DNA of 64,000 bases from an uncultured Gemmatimonadales bacterium. GTDB taxonomy: Bacteria; Gemmatimonadota; Gemmatimonadetes; Gemmatimonadales; GWC2-71-9. Of this stretch, positions 29,594 to 40,030 are shown in pieces; the stretch's first letter is position 1; the number at the start of each line of letters is the position of its first letter. The notes below the pieces were generated by a model, which made no database searches, had not been told where the DNA came from, and saw only the letters and a list, made by a program, of their open reading frames with translations. The stretch is taken from the NCBI GenBank assembly GCA_963779755.1, contig CAVZZO010000003.1, positions 1,312,001 through 1,376,000 of the forward strand, read 5' to 3'. Position numbers and translations under genes: made by a program.

Positions 29594-32002
29594 ATGAACG
29601 CACTCCTTTCCGACCTCCGCTACGCTCTCCGCGGCGCGCGACGCAGCCCGGGCCTTGCCGCCCTGGTCGTGCTCACGCTGGGGCTCGGCATCGGCGCCAA
29701 CACAGCGATCTTCAGCGTGGTGGACGCAGTGCTGCTCCGCCCGCTGCCGTACCGCGAGGCGGACCGGCTGGTGACGGTCGGATCGAGCGTGGACCTGCGC
29801 GGGCGCCCGAATGCGGCCATGGGGCTTTCGTATCCGGACTATCAGGACATCGGGAAGCTCCACGATGCCGTCTCCGGCATCGCCGCGTATTCCTCCGACC
29901 GCTACAACTTCCTCAATACCGACCAGCCGCGCGAGGTGCAGGTCACCCGGACGACCGCGGATCTCTTCCCGGTGCTCGGAGTGTCGCCGGCCATCGGGCG
30001 CGCGTTCAACGCGGGCGAGACGCACGATCCCGTCGCGATCATCTCCCACGGGCTCTGGATCTCCAGCTTCAACGGAGACAGGAGCGCCCTTGGGCGCACG
30101 ATCTCGCTCGACGACACGGCCTTCACCATTGTCGGCATCATGCCGGCGGGGTTCGCGTTCCCCGACGCGGGCACGGACGCCTGGATCCCGATCAATTTCG
30201 CGTTTGCCGACCCCGCGATGGCGGAGATGCGGATGTTCCGCGCACTCTCCACGGTCGCGCGCCTCGCGCCGGATGCTTCGCTCGACCGGCTGCGCGGAGA
30301 TCTCGATCTCCTGGGCAAGCGCATCACGGCTTCGGGGCAGCAGACCTCGAAATTCGGGAGCGGGGAGACCTTCGCGGCAACCCTGCTGCGCGATCAGCTC
30401 GTAGGCGACGCGCGGCAGCCGCTCCTGATACTCTTGGGCGCGGTGGCACTGGTGCTGCTCATTGCATGCGTCAACGCGGCGAACCTCCTGGTGGCGCGCG
30501 CGAACGCGCGCGAGAAGGAGTTCGCCGTGCGCCGCGCCATCGGCGCAGGGCGCTGGGTGATCGTCCGTCAACTCCTGGTCGAGAGCGTACTGCTCGCGCT
30601 GGGCGCCGCCGCGGTGGGGCTCGTGCTCGCGGCCGTGGGCCTCGATCTCCTCGCCGCGCAGCTGCCGCACGGGTACGTGGTCGGGATCGACGGCACGGTG
30701 CTCGGGTTCACCATTATCCTCGCCGTCGCGACGGGTCTGGGCTTCGGCATCGTGCCCGCGCTGCGCGCCTCGGCGCCCGCGCTGGAGCAGTCACTGCGCG
30801 ACAGCGCGGGCGCGAGCGCAGGTCGGCAGCGGCGCCGAGCGCGCGACGTGCTGGTCGTGAGCGAGGTGGCGCTCGCCCTGGTACTGCTCGTGGGCTCGGC
30901 GCTGCTGGTGCGGAGCTTCATCAGCGTAAACGCGGTCGACCCGGGGTTCGACCCGCACGGAGTCCTCGCGGCGCGGATACGCCTCACGCCGGCCAGGTAC
31001 TCCGCGACGAGCCAGAAGCGCAGCTTCTTCGACCAGCTGGTCCGGCGGCTCGGGACGCAGCCGGGAGTCGGCGCGATCACCGTCGCCGACGGGCTGCCGC
31101 TCGCCGGGGTCAACCGGGTGGGGATGGATCCTCAGCAGATCAACCCCGACGATCCCAACCAGTTCCTGGAGATCGCGGCGATGGCCGTGGGGCCCGACTA
31201 CTTCTCGACCATGCACATCCCCATTCTCCAGGGGCGCGCGATCACCGCCGACGACCGCGCGGGCTCGAGTCACGTTTGCGTGGTGAACCAGGCTCTCGCG
31301 CGCGAGCTCTGGCCGAACAGGAACCCGATCGGCCAGGGCGGGATGGGGCGAGACGGCGACGCCATCGTCGTAGGCGTCGTGGCCGACGTGCGCGACGAAT
31401 CGCTCGAGCACGAGGGGAAGGGCGCTGTCTACATCCCGCTCACGCAGGCGCGGAGCAGGAGCTACGATGAGATGTGGGTCATAGTGCGCTCGGCGCACCC
31501 GCTGCGCGTCGCGCCCGCCCTGCGACAGGTGGTGCACACCGAAGACGCCGCTCAGCCGATCGCGGAGATCACCACCTACAACGCGATCATCCAGCAGCGC
31601 TACGCGAGCCTCAGGCTCATCGCGGCGCTCATCACGCTCTTTGCGGGACTGGCCCTCGTGCTCGCCGTGATCGGCATCGCCGGCGTGACCGCCTACGCCG
31701 TCTCGCAGCGCAGGCGGGAGCTGGGGATTCGCCTCGCGATGGGCGCCCGCGCGATTGACGTGATCGCCCTCTTGTTGGGCGAGACCGCGGTGCTGGTGGG
31801 GATCGGTCTCGCCATCGGACTCGCGGCGGCGTTCGGCGTGACACGCACGCTGCGCTCGTTGCTTTACGGGGTGACGAGCACCGATCTCGTGACGTTCGGC
31901 GGGGCGGCGCTCGCGCTCGGGCTGGTGGCGCTGGCGGCCACGTACGTCCCGGCGCGGCGGGCCGGGCGGGTGGATCCGGTGGAGGCACTGCGCAGTGAGT
32001 AG
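29594..32002 (+). CDS. ADOP-like duplicated ABC permease 2
   Basis: Same motif architecture; 802 aa. Confidence 0.92.
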   Translation: MNALLSDLRYALRGARRSPGLAALVVLTLGLGIGANTAIFSVVDAVLLRPLPYREADRLVTVGSSVDLRGRPNAAMGLSYPDYQDIGKLHDAVSGIAAYSSDRYNFLNTDQPREVQVTRTTADLFPVLGVSPAIGRAFNAGETHDPVAIISHGLWISSFNGDRSALGRTISLDDTAFTIVGIMPAGFAFPDAGTDAWIPINFAFADPAMAEMRMFRALSTVARLAPDASLDRLRGDLDLLGKRITASGQQTSKFGSGETFAATLLRDQLVGDARQPLLILLGAVALVLLIACVNAANLLVARANAREKEFAVRRAIGAGRWVIVRQLLVESVLLALGAAAVGLVLAAVGLDLLAAQLPHGYVVGIDGTVLGFTIILAVATGLGFGIVPALRASAPALEQSLRDSAGASAGRQRRRARDVLVVSEVALALVLLVGSALLVRSFISVNAVDPGFDPHGVLAARIRLTPARYSATSQKRSFFDQLVRRLGTQPGVGAITVADGLPLAGVNRVGMDPQQINPDDPNQFLEIAAMAVGPDYFSTMHIPILQGRAITADDRAGSSHVCVVNQALARELWPNRNPIGQGGMGRDGDAIVVGVVADVRDESLEHEGKGAVYIPLTQARSRSYDEMWVIVRSAHPLRVAPALRQVVHTEDAAQPIAEITTYNAIIQQRYASLRLIAALITLFAGLALVLAVIGIAGVTAYAVSQRRRELGIRLAMGARAIDVIALLLGETAVLVGIGLAIGLAAAFGVTRTLRSLLYGVTSTDLVTFGGAALALGLVALAATYVPARRAGRVDPVEALRSE

Positions 32003-34436
32003 CCTGTTCCAGGAGCTCCGGTATGCGCTGCGGGCATTGCGCATGAGCCCGGGCTTCACGGCCGCCGCCGTGCTTACCCTGGCCATCGGCATCGGCGCCT
32101 CGACCGCTGTGTTCAGCGTGGTAGACCAGTTGCTGATCCGGCCGCTGGGGTATCACGAGCCCGACCGGATCGTACGCCTGCTCAGTTACCGGCAGAAGGA
32201 ATCCGGGACCGGTACCATTTCGGCGCCGGATTTCGCCGACTGGATCACCCAGTCCCGGGCATTCGCCTCCGCGGCGCTCTACGACGAGTACTCCCCCACC
32301 CTCACCTCCGCCGGCGTGCCCCGGAAGCTGCAGGCCGCCTCCGTCAGCGCCTCGTATTTCGACGTCCTGGGCGTGCAGCCTGCGATCGGCCGGTTCTTTC
32401 TCCCCGCGGAGGATGCCGGTGGATCCAGCCGGGTCGTCCTCAGTTGGAGCCTGTGGCGCGACGCGTTCGGGGCCGACCCGGCCGTGGTGGGCCGCGTGAT
32501 CGACCTGAGCGGGTTTCCGTACACTGTGGTCGGCGTGGCACCACCCATGGAGGATCCCGGTCTGTCGGGCGGCGCGTTCGGCACTCCCCAGCTCTGGCGT
32601 TCGACACCTCGGTACTTCCGGACGGCCGGCCGCGGCGGCCACTCCTTTACCGCTATCGCGCGGCTCAAGCCCGGCGTATCAGCCGCCCGCGCCGAGGCAC
32701 AGCTCAATGCTGTCCAGCAACGCCTGGCCGGGCAGTTTCCCACCGAGGATGCCGACCGGGTGGTACGCGCGAGAATCCTGAAAGACACGCTGGTCGGCAG
32801 CGTGCGGCCGGTTCTCTGGGTGCTGTTCGCGGCGGTCGGGCTGGTACTCCTCATCGCCTGCACCAATGTCGCCAACCTCCTGCTGTTCCGCGCCGCGGGA
32901 CGGGCGCGCGAGATCGGCGTCCGCACCGCACTGGGCGCCTCGCGCGGAAGGATCATCCGGCAGCTGATGGGGGAGAGCCTGCTGCTCGCCGGCATCGGCG
33001 CGGCCGGCGGGGTGCTGCTTGCGGGCGGCATCATCAAGGCCATGGTGGCGCTTGCCGCCGGACAACTTCCCCGGGCCGGCGGCGTGCATATCGACGCCCG
33101 GGCGCTTCTGTTCGGCGTGGCCGCGGCCGGCGGCTGCGCTCTGGTCTTTGGACTCGCCCCGGCGCTTCATACCGCGCGGGTGGATGTGCTCGGCATGCTG
33201 GGCCAGGGCGGCCGGGGGATGGTGAGCCAGCGGGGCGGCCGGCTGCGGGCCGGCATGGTCGCCGTTCAGGTGGCCATAGCGGTGGTGGTGATGCTGGGAG
33301 CCGGGCTGCTGCTGCGCTCGCTGGCGCGGCTGCAGGCGATCAATCCCGGCCTGGCCGCCGAGCGGGTCCTGGTGCTTCGTGCCGATCCGCCCGGTGATCC
33401 CTACGATCCCTCCACCGAGGCCGGCGAAGCGGCGCTGCTCGGCCTGTACACGCAATTCCACGAACGGATTGCCGCGCTGCCCGGCGTACAGTCGGTCGGG
33501 ATGACCGACCTGTTGCCGATGTCCGGCAGCTTTAACAGCAACGGCTTTCGGATCGTCGGCCGTCCGGTGCCCGGGCCGGGGGAAGTCCCTTCGGCGGAAA
33601 CGCGCGCGGTGAGCCCGGGGTACTTCGCCACCATGGGCATTCCCCTGCTTCAGGGGCGGGGCATCCAGCCGTCGGACGACGCTGGGTCCGGGAAGGCCGT
33701 CGTCGTCAACCAGGCCTTCGTCCGCCGCTACCTCCCCAAGGCGGCGCCGCTGAACAGCCGCCTTCGAGTGTTCGCACCGGATGCCGCTCCAGCCCGGATC
33801 GTCGGAGTGGTGGGAGACGTGACGCAGTTCGCGCTCGACCGCCCCGCCGACCCCGTGATCTACGTGCCCCTCTCCCAGGCCCCCGACTACATGCAGGGCG
33901 AGCCGTGGATCGTGGTGCGAACCGCCGGCGAGCCCGCCGCGCTCACCGCTGCCGTGCGCCGCGCCATCCAGGAGGTCGAGCCGCACACACCGGTCTATGC
34001 CGCGCAGCCCATGACGGCGGTGATCGGCGCAACCCTGGCCCGCCCCCGCTTCCACACCGTGCTGCTGGCCGCGTTCGCCGCCATCGCCTTCATCCTCGCC
34101 TCCCTGGGCGTGTACGGCATGGTGGCGTATGCCGCCTCGCGCCGCCTCCCCGAGCTGGGGTTGCGGCTGGCGCTCGGCGCCGAGCCGGCGAATCTCCGGC
34201 GCTTTCTGATCGGCGGCGGGCTGCGCCCGGTCCTGATCGGCGCGGGTGCCGGCCTTCTCGGCGGCCTCCTCGCGGTGCGCCTCCTGCGGGGAATGGTCTA
34301 CGGGGTGGCTGCTACCGATCCGGCCACGTTCATCGCCGTTCCGCTGGCGCTCATCACCGTTGCAACCCTCGCGGCGTGGCTGCCCGCCCGCCGGGCATCG
34401 CGCGTGGATCCGATAGCCGTGCTGCGGGAAGAGTGA
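31995..34436 (+). CDS. ADOP-like duplicated ABC permease 3
   Basis: Same architecture; GTG start overlaps permease 2; 813 aa. Confidence 0.92.
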   Translation: MSSLFQELRYALRALRMSPGFTAAAVLTLAIGIGASTAVFSVVDQLLIRPLGYHEPDRIVRLLSYRQKESGTGTISAPDFADWITQSRAFASAALYDEYSPTLTSAGVPRKLQAASVSASYFDVLGVQPAIGRFFLPAEDAGGSSRVVLSWSLWRDAFGADPAVVGRVIDLSGFPYTVVGVAPPMEDPGLSGGAFGTPQLWRSTPRYFRTAGRGGHSFTAIARLKPGVSAARAEAQLNAVQQRLAGQFPTEDADRVVRARILKDTLVGSVRPVLWVLFAAVGLVLLIACTNVANLLLFRAAGRAREIGVRTALGASRGRIIRQLMGESLLLAGIGAAGGVLLAGGIIKAMVALAAGQLPRAGGVHIDARALLFGVAAAGGCALVFGLAPALHTARVDVLGMLGQGGRGMVSQRGGRLRAGMVAVQVAIAVVVMLGAGLLLRSLARLQAINPGLAAERVLVLRADPPGDPYDPSTEAGEAALLGLYTQFHERIAALPGVQSVGMTDLLPMSGSFNSNGFRIVGRPVPGPGEVPSAETRAVSPGYFATMGIPLLQGRGIQPSDDAGSGKAVVVNQAFVRRYLPKAAPLNSRLRVFAPDAAPARIVGVVGDVTQFALDRPADPVIYVPLSQAPDYMQGEPWIVVRTAGEPAALTAAVRRAIQEVEPHTPVYAAQPMTAVIGATLARPRFHTVLLAAFAAIAFILASLGVYGMVAYAASRRLPELGLRLALGAEPANLRRFLIGGGLRPVLIGAGAGLLGGLLAVRLLRGMVYGVAATDPATFIAVPLALITVATLAAWLPARRASRVDPIAVLREE

Positions 34437-34591
34437 GCCGCGATACGAGATAACACCGGAGAGGTAAGGCGTGAGGCGCGCGGTGTGACGCCGGCGGCCT
34501 GACCGCCTGCCGGAGCCGGCACCCCGGACCGAGCGCCGCGCGCGAGAAGCCCAGGAACTGGAAGACCGCCTTACTGCCTGAAAGGAACCAG

Positions 34592-37051
34592 ATGCAGGGA
34601 CTCATCTCCGACATCCGCTACACCCTTCGCGGCATCCGCCGCAGCCCGGGTTTCGCCCTGATCGTAGTGCTGACGCTGGCGCTGGGCGTGGGGGCGAATG
34701 TCATGATCTTCACCCTGATCAACGGCGTTCTCCTCCGGCCGCCGCCCGGGGTGAGCCGGCCGGACCGGCTGGTCGCGATCTACACCAGCGACTATTCCGG
34801 GCCGCCCTACAGCGCGTCCTCCTGGCTGGACTACCAGGATTTCCGCTCCCAGTCCGCCACCCTGAGCGACATCGCAAGCTATGCGCCGAGGCCCATGGCC
34901 GTGAGCACCGGCAGCGAGAACTTCCGCGGATTCGGCGAGCTGGTGAGCGGGAACTATTTCCGGCTGCTCGGCGTGCACCCCGTCGTGGGACGGGTCTTCA
35001 GCGCGGGCGAGGGCGAGCAGCCGGGCGCCGATCCCGTCGTGGTCATCAGTTACTCCATGTGGCAGAACCGCTACGGCGGGGCACCCGATGTCGCCGGGCG
35101 CACCCTGCGCATCGCCGGCCACCCGTTCACCATCATCGGCGTGGCGCCGCGGGGCTTTTCCAGCCTGCTGCGCGGAATTGGCGTCGACCTCTGGGTGCCC
35201 CAGACCATGGGCGCGGTGGTGCAGCCGGGCAGTGATGTGCTCGAGCGCCGGAGCAGCCGGGGGCTCCTGCTGGTGGGGCGGCTGAAACCTCACGCCACCT
35301 TCCCGCAGGCCCAGGCGGACCTGTCGCTGGTCGCCCATCGGCTGCACGATGCCCATCCGGATTCCTGGACCGACGTCCGCAAACAGAGCCGTATCGTCTC
35401 GCTGGTTCCCCAGATCAAGGCCGGTGTGTTCCCCCGCATGCGGGGAGCCGTTGTCGGCTTCTTCGCCGTGCTCATGGTGGTGGCGGGGCTGGTGCTGGTG
35501 ATCTGTTGCGCCAACCTCGCCAATCTCCTCCTGGCCCGGGGAACGGGCCGGCAGAAGGAAGTGGCCATCCGCCTGGCGCTGGGCGCCAACCGGCGGCGTC
35601 TGGTGCGGCAGCTGGTCACCGAGAGCATGGCCCTCGCGCTCCTGGGAGGCGGCGTCGGCGTGCTGATCGCCACCCAGGCGGCCCGTCTGGTCCAGCGCCT
35701 TCAGCCCCCCCTGCCTATTCCTGTCAGCCTGAATCTGGCGCCCGACCTGCGTGTGCTCGTCTTCGCCGCCGCGGCCGCCACCCTGACGGGACTGGTCTTC
35801 GGGCTCTATCCGGCGCTCCGGGCCACGCGCCCCCAGCTCACCAGCATGCTGCATGAGAGCGCGCCGCTGTTGCGGATCATCGGCCGCAGGCTGGCGCTGC
35901 GCGATGTGCTGGTCGTGGGCCAGGTGGCGGTCTCCACGGTCCTGCTGATAGCCGCCGGTCTCTTTCTGCGCAGCCTGCAGAAGGCTCAGTCGCTCGACAT
36001 CGGATTTCAACCCGATCACCTGGCACTCGCGACCTTCGAGCTGGGCATCCAGGGATACACCGATGAGCGGGGCCGGATCTTCTACGACCAGCTGCTGGAG
36101 CAGGCGCGGCGGACGCCCGGCGTGGAATCGGCCAGCCTGGTGCGCGATCTCCCCTTGAGCGTGTCGTTCAGCCGGCGCGGCCTGCAGCGTATCGAGGGCT
36201 ACGAGCCGGGCCCGACCGAGGATATTGAGACGGGCTACAACGTGGTGGATACGGCCTATTTCCGCACCATGGGAGTTCACCTGGTCCGGGGCCGGGCATT
36301 CTCCAGCCAGGACCGCACCGGGGCGACACCGGTGGTGATCGTCAACCAGGCGTTCGCCCAGCGCTACTGGCCCGATCAGGATCCGCTGGGCAGGCACATC
36401 ACCTTCGCCGACGCGCCGGCGGAGGTCGTTGGCGTGGCCCAGACGGGAAAGTATGCCTCGCTGAGCGAGGAAGACCGGCCCTACTTCTATATCCCCTGGC
36501 GGCAGGAATACCAGGGGGATATGACGCTCCTCCTGCGCACGGCCGGGCCGCCGGGCGAGAGCTTTACCGCCATCCAGCGCGAGGCCGCCGCCATCGATCG
36601 TGACCTGCCGGTGCAGCTCACCACGATGGACGACCACCTGGGCTTCGCCACCCTCGCGCAGCGGATCGGCGCGGCCCTGCTCGGCGCCTTCGGTGCCGTC
36701 GGCATCCTGCTCGCCGGGATCGGCCTCTACGGCGTTATGGCCTATGTGGTCTCGCGCCGCACCCGCGAGATGGGGATCCGCATGGCGCTGGGCTCGGAAC
36801 GTTCCGCCGTCATGGGCCTGGTCCTCCGGCAGGCGTTCCGCCTCACGGCTATCGGGCTGGTCATCGGCATGGGAATCGCCGCCGCTATATGCCACCTCCT
36901 GGGGCGCTTCCTCCTTGGCGTCCCACCGCTCGACCCGCTGACCTTTGGCGCCGTCGTGCCGGTCTTCGCACTGGCCGCACTGGCCGCAAGCCTCGCGCCC
37001 GCCCGGCGGGCCACGCGGGTCGCACCGGTGGAGGCGCTGCGCGCGGAGTGA
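34592..37051 (+). CDS. ADOP-like duplicated ABC permease 4
   Basis: Same architecture; RBS GAAAGGA; most similar by eye to permease 1 ([14 protein letters not shown]). Confidence 0.92.
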   Translation: MQGLISDIRYTLRGIRRSPGFALIVVLTLALGVGANVMIFTLINGVLLRPPPGVSRPDRLVAIYTSDYSGPPYSASSWLDYQDFRSQSATLSDIASYAPRPMAVSTGSENFRGFGELVSGNYFRLLGVHPVVGRVFSAGEGEQPGADPVVVISYSMWQNRYGGAPDVAGRTLRIAGHPFTIIGVAPRGFSSLLRGIGVDLWVPQTMGAVVQPGSDVLERRSSRGLLLVGRLKPHATFPQAQADLSLVAHRLHDAHPDSWTDVRKQSRIVSLVPQIKAGVFPRMRGAVVGFFAVLMVVAGLVLVICCANLANLLLARGTGRQKEVAIRLALGANRRRLVRQLVTESMALALLGGGVGVLIATQAARLVQRLQPPLPIPVSLNLAPDLRVLVFAAAAATLTGLVFGLYPALRATRPQLTSMLHESAPLLRIIGRRLALRDVLVVGQVAVSTVLLIAAGLFLRSLQKAQSLDIGFQPDHLALATFELGIQGYTDERGRIFYDQLLEQARRTPGVESASLVRDLPLSVSFSRRGLQRIEGYEPGPTEDIETGYNVVDTAYFRTMGVHLVRGRAFSSQDRTGATPVVIVNQAFAQRYWPDQDPLGRHITFADAPAEVVGVAQTGKYASLSEEDRPYFYIPWRQEYQGDMTLLLRTAGPPGESFTAIQREAAAIDRDLPVQLTTMDDHLGFATLAQRIGAALLGAFGAVGILLAGIGLYGVMAYVVSRRTREMGIRMALGSERSAVMGLVLRQAFRLTAIGLVIGMGIAAAICHLLGRFLLGVPPLDPLTFGAVVPVFALAALAASLAPARRATRVAPVEALRAE

Positions 37052-37075
37052 GAGGACGGCAAGACGGCAGGACGA

Positions 37076-37349
37076 CAAGCGCGAGCCCGAAGCCGATGCC
37101 TCCCGCAGCGCGCGTATGTGCCGTTGGAAAGGGCATGGAGATTCGCCCGGTGGCGCACTTCGGCGCGCGGAGGGAGGCTCGGCGAGGGCGAGCAGCAACA
37201 GGACCGAGTAAGAGGACGGCAAGCGCGAGCCCGAAGCTGATGCCTCCCGCAGCGCGCGTATGTGCCGTTGGCAAGAGCATGGAGACTCGCCCGGTGGCGC
37301 ACTTCGGCGCGCGGAGGGAGGCTCGGCGAGGGCGAGCAGCAACAGGACG
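37076..37349. repeat. Two near-identical ~130-bp palindromic units in tandem (period 144 bp)
   Basis: Units start at 37076 and 37220; each has GCCTCCC...GCGCG / CGCGC...GGGAGGC inverted arms. Confidence 0.9.
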
Positions 37350-37356
37350 GAGGACT

Positions 37357-37481
37357 GAGCGGGAAGCTGCAACGGTGCGAGGGCCGGGGGGCGGCGCAGG
37401 CACCACCGAACCGGGGAGTGGCGGGGTGGTATCGGTGCTGCCCGAGCGGCACGCCGGACCGAGCGCCGCGCGACAGAAGCC
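37357..37481. repeat. ~125-bp hairpin junction element, copy A
   Basis: GAGCGGGAAGCTGC...GGCACCACCGA...TCGGTGCTGCC...CAGAAGCC; also at 44971 and 47697. Confidence 0.9.
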
Positions 37482-37558
37482 GAAAGGACTGAGGACTGAG
37501 GACCGAGCGGAATATCGGCCCGACAAGTCTGACCGCCCGACCGCCCGAAAGGACCGCA

Positions 37559-39979
37559 ATGCGCTCGTTCATCTCCGATTTCCGCCACGCCTGGCGGGGC
37601 CTCCGCAAGAGCCCCGGCTTTCTACTCACGGTCACCACCGTGCTGGCCCTGGGCATCGGCGGGACCGCCGTCATCTTCGCCGTCATCAACGCGGTGCTGC
37701 TGCGTCCGCTTCCCTTCCCCCACCAGGAAGAGTTGGTCCGGATCTTCAGTGCCAAGGGGGGGCAGCGATGGACCATGTCACCGCCCGATTTCACCGACAT
37801 GCGGCGGGAGACGCGTTCATTCACCGAACTGGCGGCCATGAACGAGGGAGACTACGCGCTCACCGGCGGCGGGCCCGCGGAACAGCTTTCCGGCGCGGCG
37901 GTGACGGGCGGCTTCTTCCCCGCTCTCGGAGTGCGGCCGCTCCTGGGCCGTACCATGACGCCGGCCGACGACGAGGCGGCAAGCGCGCGGGTGGCGGTCC
38001 TGGGCTACGGCCTCTGGCAGCGCCGGTTCGGCGGCGACCGGACCATCGTGGGCCGGACCATTCAACTGGACGGTGAGGCGACCCAGGTCATCGGGGTCAT
38101 GCCCGAAGGGTTCAAGTACCCCGACGGCTCCCAGGTCTGGCTCCAACTCCGGTTCACGCCCGAGGAGCTTCGCACCCAGCGCGGGGCGCACTACCTGGAT
38201 GTCCTGGGTCGGCTGAAGCGCGGAACCTCGATGGACGCCGCGGCGACCGATGTGGGACGGATTGCCGACAACCTGGCCGCGGCCTACCCCCGCACCAACG
38301 AAGGAGAAACGGCACGCATGACCGGACTGCGGGAGAGCATGGTGGGTGACGTCCGGACGCCTCTCATGATCCTGCTGGCGGCGGTCGGACTGGTCCTGCT
38401 CATCGCCTGCACCAACGTCGCGGGGCTGCTGCTGGTGCGCGGGTGGCGGCGCCAGCGGGAGCTGGCCATCCGTACCGCCCTGGGCGCCGCCCGGGGACAG
38501 ATCGTCCGCATCCTGCTGGCGGAGAGTGTGCTGTTGTCGGTGTTCGGCGGGTTGGGTGCCATCCTGCTCGCCGTCTGGGGCACGGCGCTCATCGCCGGCC
38601 TCACCGCGGTGCCCATCCCGCTCCTGGGGCAGACCCGGCTGGACTGGACCGTCCTGGGGTTCATCGCCGGGGTCGCCCTCCTGACCGCCGTCACCTTCGG
38701 CCTGGCCCCGGCCTGGCTGGTCTCGTCTCCCCGGGCGTTGCCGGAGCGCCTCAAGGCCGAGGGACGGGGAACAGCCGGGCGCCGCACCCGGAGCCGCCAC
38801 CTGCTGGTAATGATCGAGACCGCGCTCGCAGTGCTGCTGTTGACCAGCGCCGGGCTTCTGCTCCGGAGCTTCGAGCGCATGCGGCAGGTAGACCCGGGGT
38901 TCAATCCCGCGCACGTGCTCACCTTCGGGCTATCGCTCCCCGACGCAACCTACCCGCCGGAGCGCAGCGCGGCATTCATCCAGTCGCTCACCGAGCGGCT
39001 CGAGGCAGTCCCGGGGGTCGAATCGGCCGGGGCCATCTTCGGCCTGCCGCTCACCGGCTTCGGCTATTCCATCTCCGCCCTCACCCTGGACGGCCGCCAA
39101 CTCTCCCAGGAGGAGCAGGAACAGCTGAGCGTCCAGATCCGGGTGGTCACGCCGGATTTCTTCCGGGCGATGAGCATTCCCGTTCGCCGCGGACGCAGCA
39201 TCGAACCGGGCGACCGGGCGGGCACACCACCGGTCATCGTGGTGAACGAGGCGGCGGCCCGGCACATCTGGCCCGGCGCCGACCCGCTGGGGCACCACCT
39301 GGTGGTCGGCACCCGGCTCGGCCTGGGAGAGGAGCATGCGGGCGGGGAGGTGGTGGGCGTGATCGGCGACCTCAAGGACGAGAACCTGACCAGCCCGGCG
39401 GAGCCCACGATCTACCTCTCGCACGCGCAGTTCCCCACCGGGTACATGAGCATCGCCATACGTACCGGAGGCAACCCGCTGCTGCTCAACAACGCGGCCC
39501 GGCAAGCGCTGGCGGCGACCGATCCGGATGTGCCGATGTTCCGGGTGCGATCCATGGAACAACTGGTGGCGGCCAGTGTGGCGCAGCCGAAGCTCTACGC
39601 CGTACTGCTCACCATCTTCGCCGGAGTGGCGATCCTGCTGGCCGCCATCGGCCTGTACGGCGTGCTGGCGCAGGGCGTCGCCCAGCGGCGGCGAGAATTG
39701 GGGATCCGCATCGCGCTGGGCGCGCGTACCCGGGAAGTCGTCCGGCTGGTCCTGCGCCAGGCCTTCCTGCTGGCCGCTGCCGGGGTGGCCCTGGGCCTGC
39801 TGGCGGGCCTGCTGGCGACCCGGATCCTTACCGGGCTCCTCCACGGCGTGAACCCGCGAGACCCACTCACGCTGGGAGGGGTCACCCTCCTGCTGTTCGG
39901 GGTGTGCCTGCTGGCCAGCTGGCTGCCGGCGCGCCGCGCGGCGCGGGTGGAGCCGATGGATGTGTTGAGAGAGGAGTGA
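37559..39979 (+). CDS. ADOP-like duplicated ABC permease 5
   Basis: Same architecture; RBS GAAAGGA; 806 aa. Confidence 0.92.
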   Translation: MRSFISDFRHAWRGLRKSPGFLLTVTTVLALGIGGTAVIFAVINAVLLRPLPFPHQEELVRIFSAKGGQRWTMSPPDFTDMRRETRSFTELAAMNEGDYALTGGGPAEQLSGAAVTGGFFPALGVRPLLGRTMTPADDEAASARVAVLGYGLWQRRFGGDRTIVGRTIQLDGEATQVIGVMPEGFKYPDGSQVWLQLRFTPEELRTQRGAHYLDVLGRLKRGTSMDAAATDVGRIADNLAAAYPRTNEGETARMTGLRESMVGDVRTPLMILLAAVGLVLLIACTNVAGLLLVRGWRRQRELAIRTALGAARGQIVRILLAESVLLSVFGGLGAILLAVWGTALIAGLTAVPIPLLGQTRLDWTVLGFIAGVALLTAVTFGLAPAWLVSSPRALPERLKAEGRGTAGRRTRSRHLLVMIETALAVLLLTSAGLLLRSFERMRQVDPGFNPAHVLTFGLSLPDATYPPERSAAFIQSLTERLEAVPGVESAGAIFGLPLTGFGYSISALTLDGRQLSQEEQEQLSVQIRVVTPDFFRAMSIPVRRGRSIEPGDRAGTPPVIVVNEAAARHIWPGADPLGHHLVVGTRLGLGEEHAGGEVVGVIGDLKDENLTSPAEPTIYLSHAQFPTGYMSIAIRTGGNPLLLNNAARQALAATDPDVPMFRVRSMEQLVAASVAQPKLYAVLLTIFAGVAILLAAIGLYGVLAQGVAQRRRELGIRIALGARTREVVRLVLRQAFLLAAAGVALGLLAGLLATRILTGLLHGVNPRDPLTLGGVTLLLFGVCLLASWLPARRAARVEPMDVLREE

Positions 39980-40030
39980 ACGGTGGTGAGGCGTGAGGCG
40001 TGAGGCGTGACCGCCCTGGAAAGGAGCCAC

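Noticed and set aside
34571..37588. 1005-aa minus-strand ORF
   Set aside because: Antisense shadow of permease 4 running through translated repeats; no recognisable motifs
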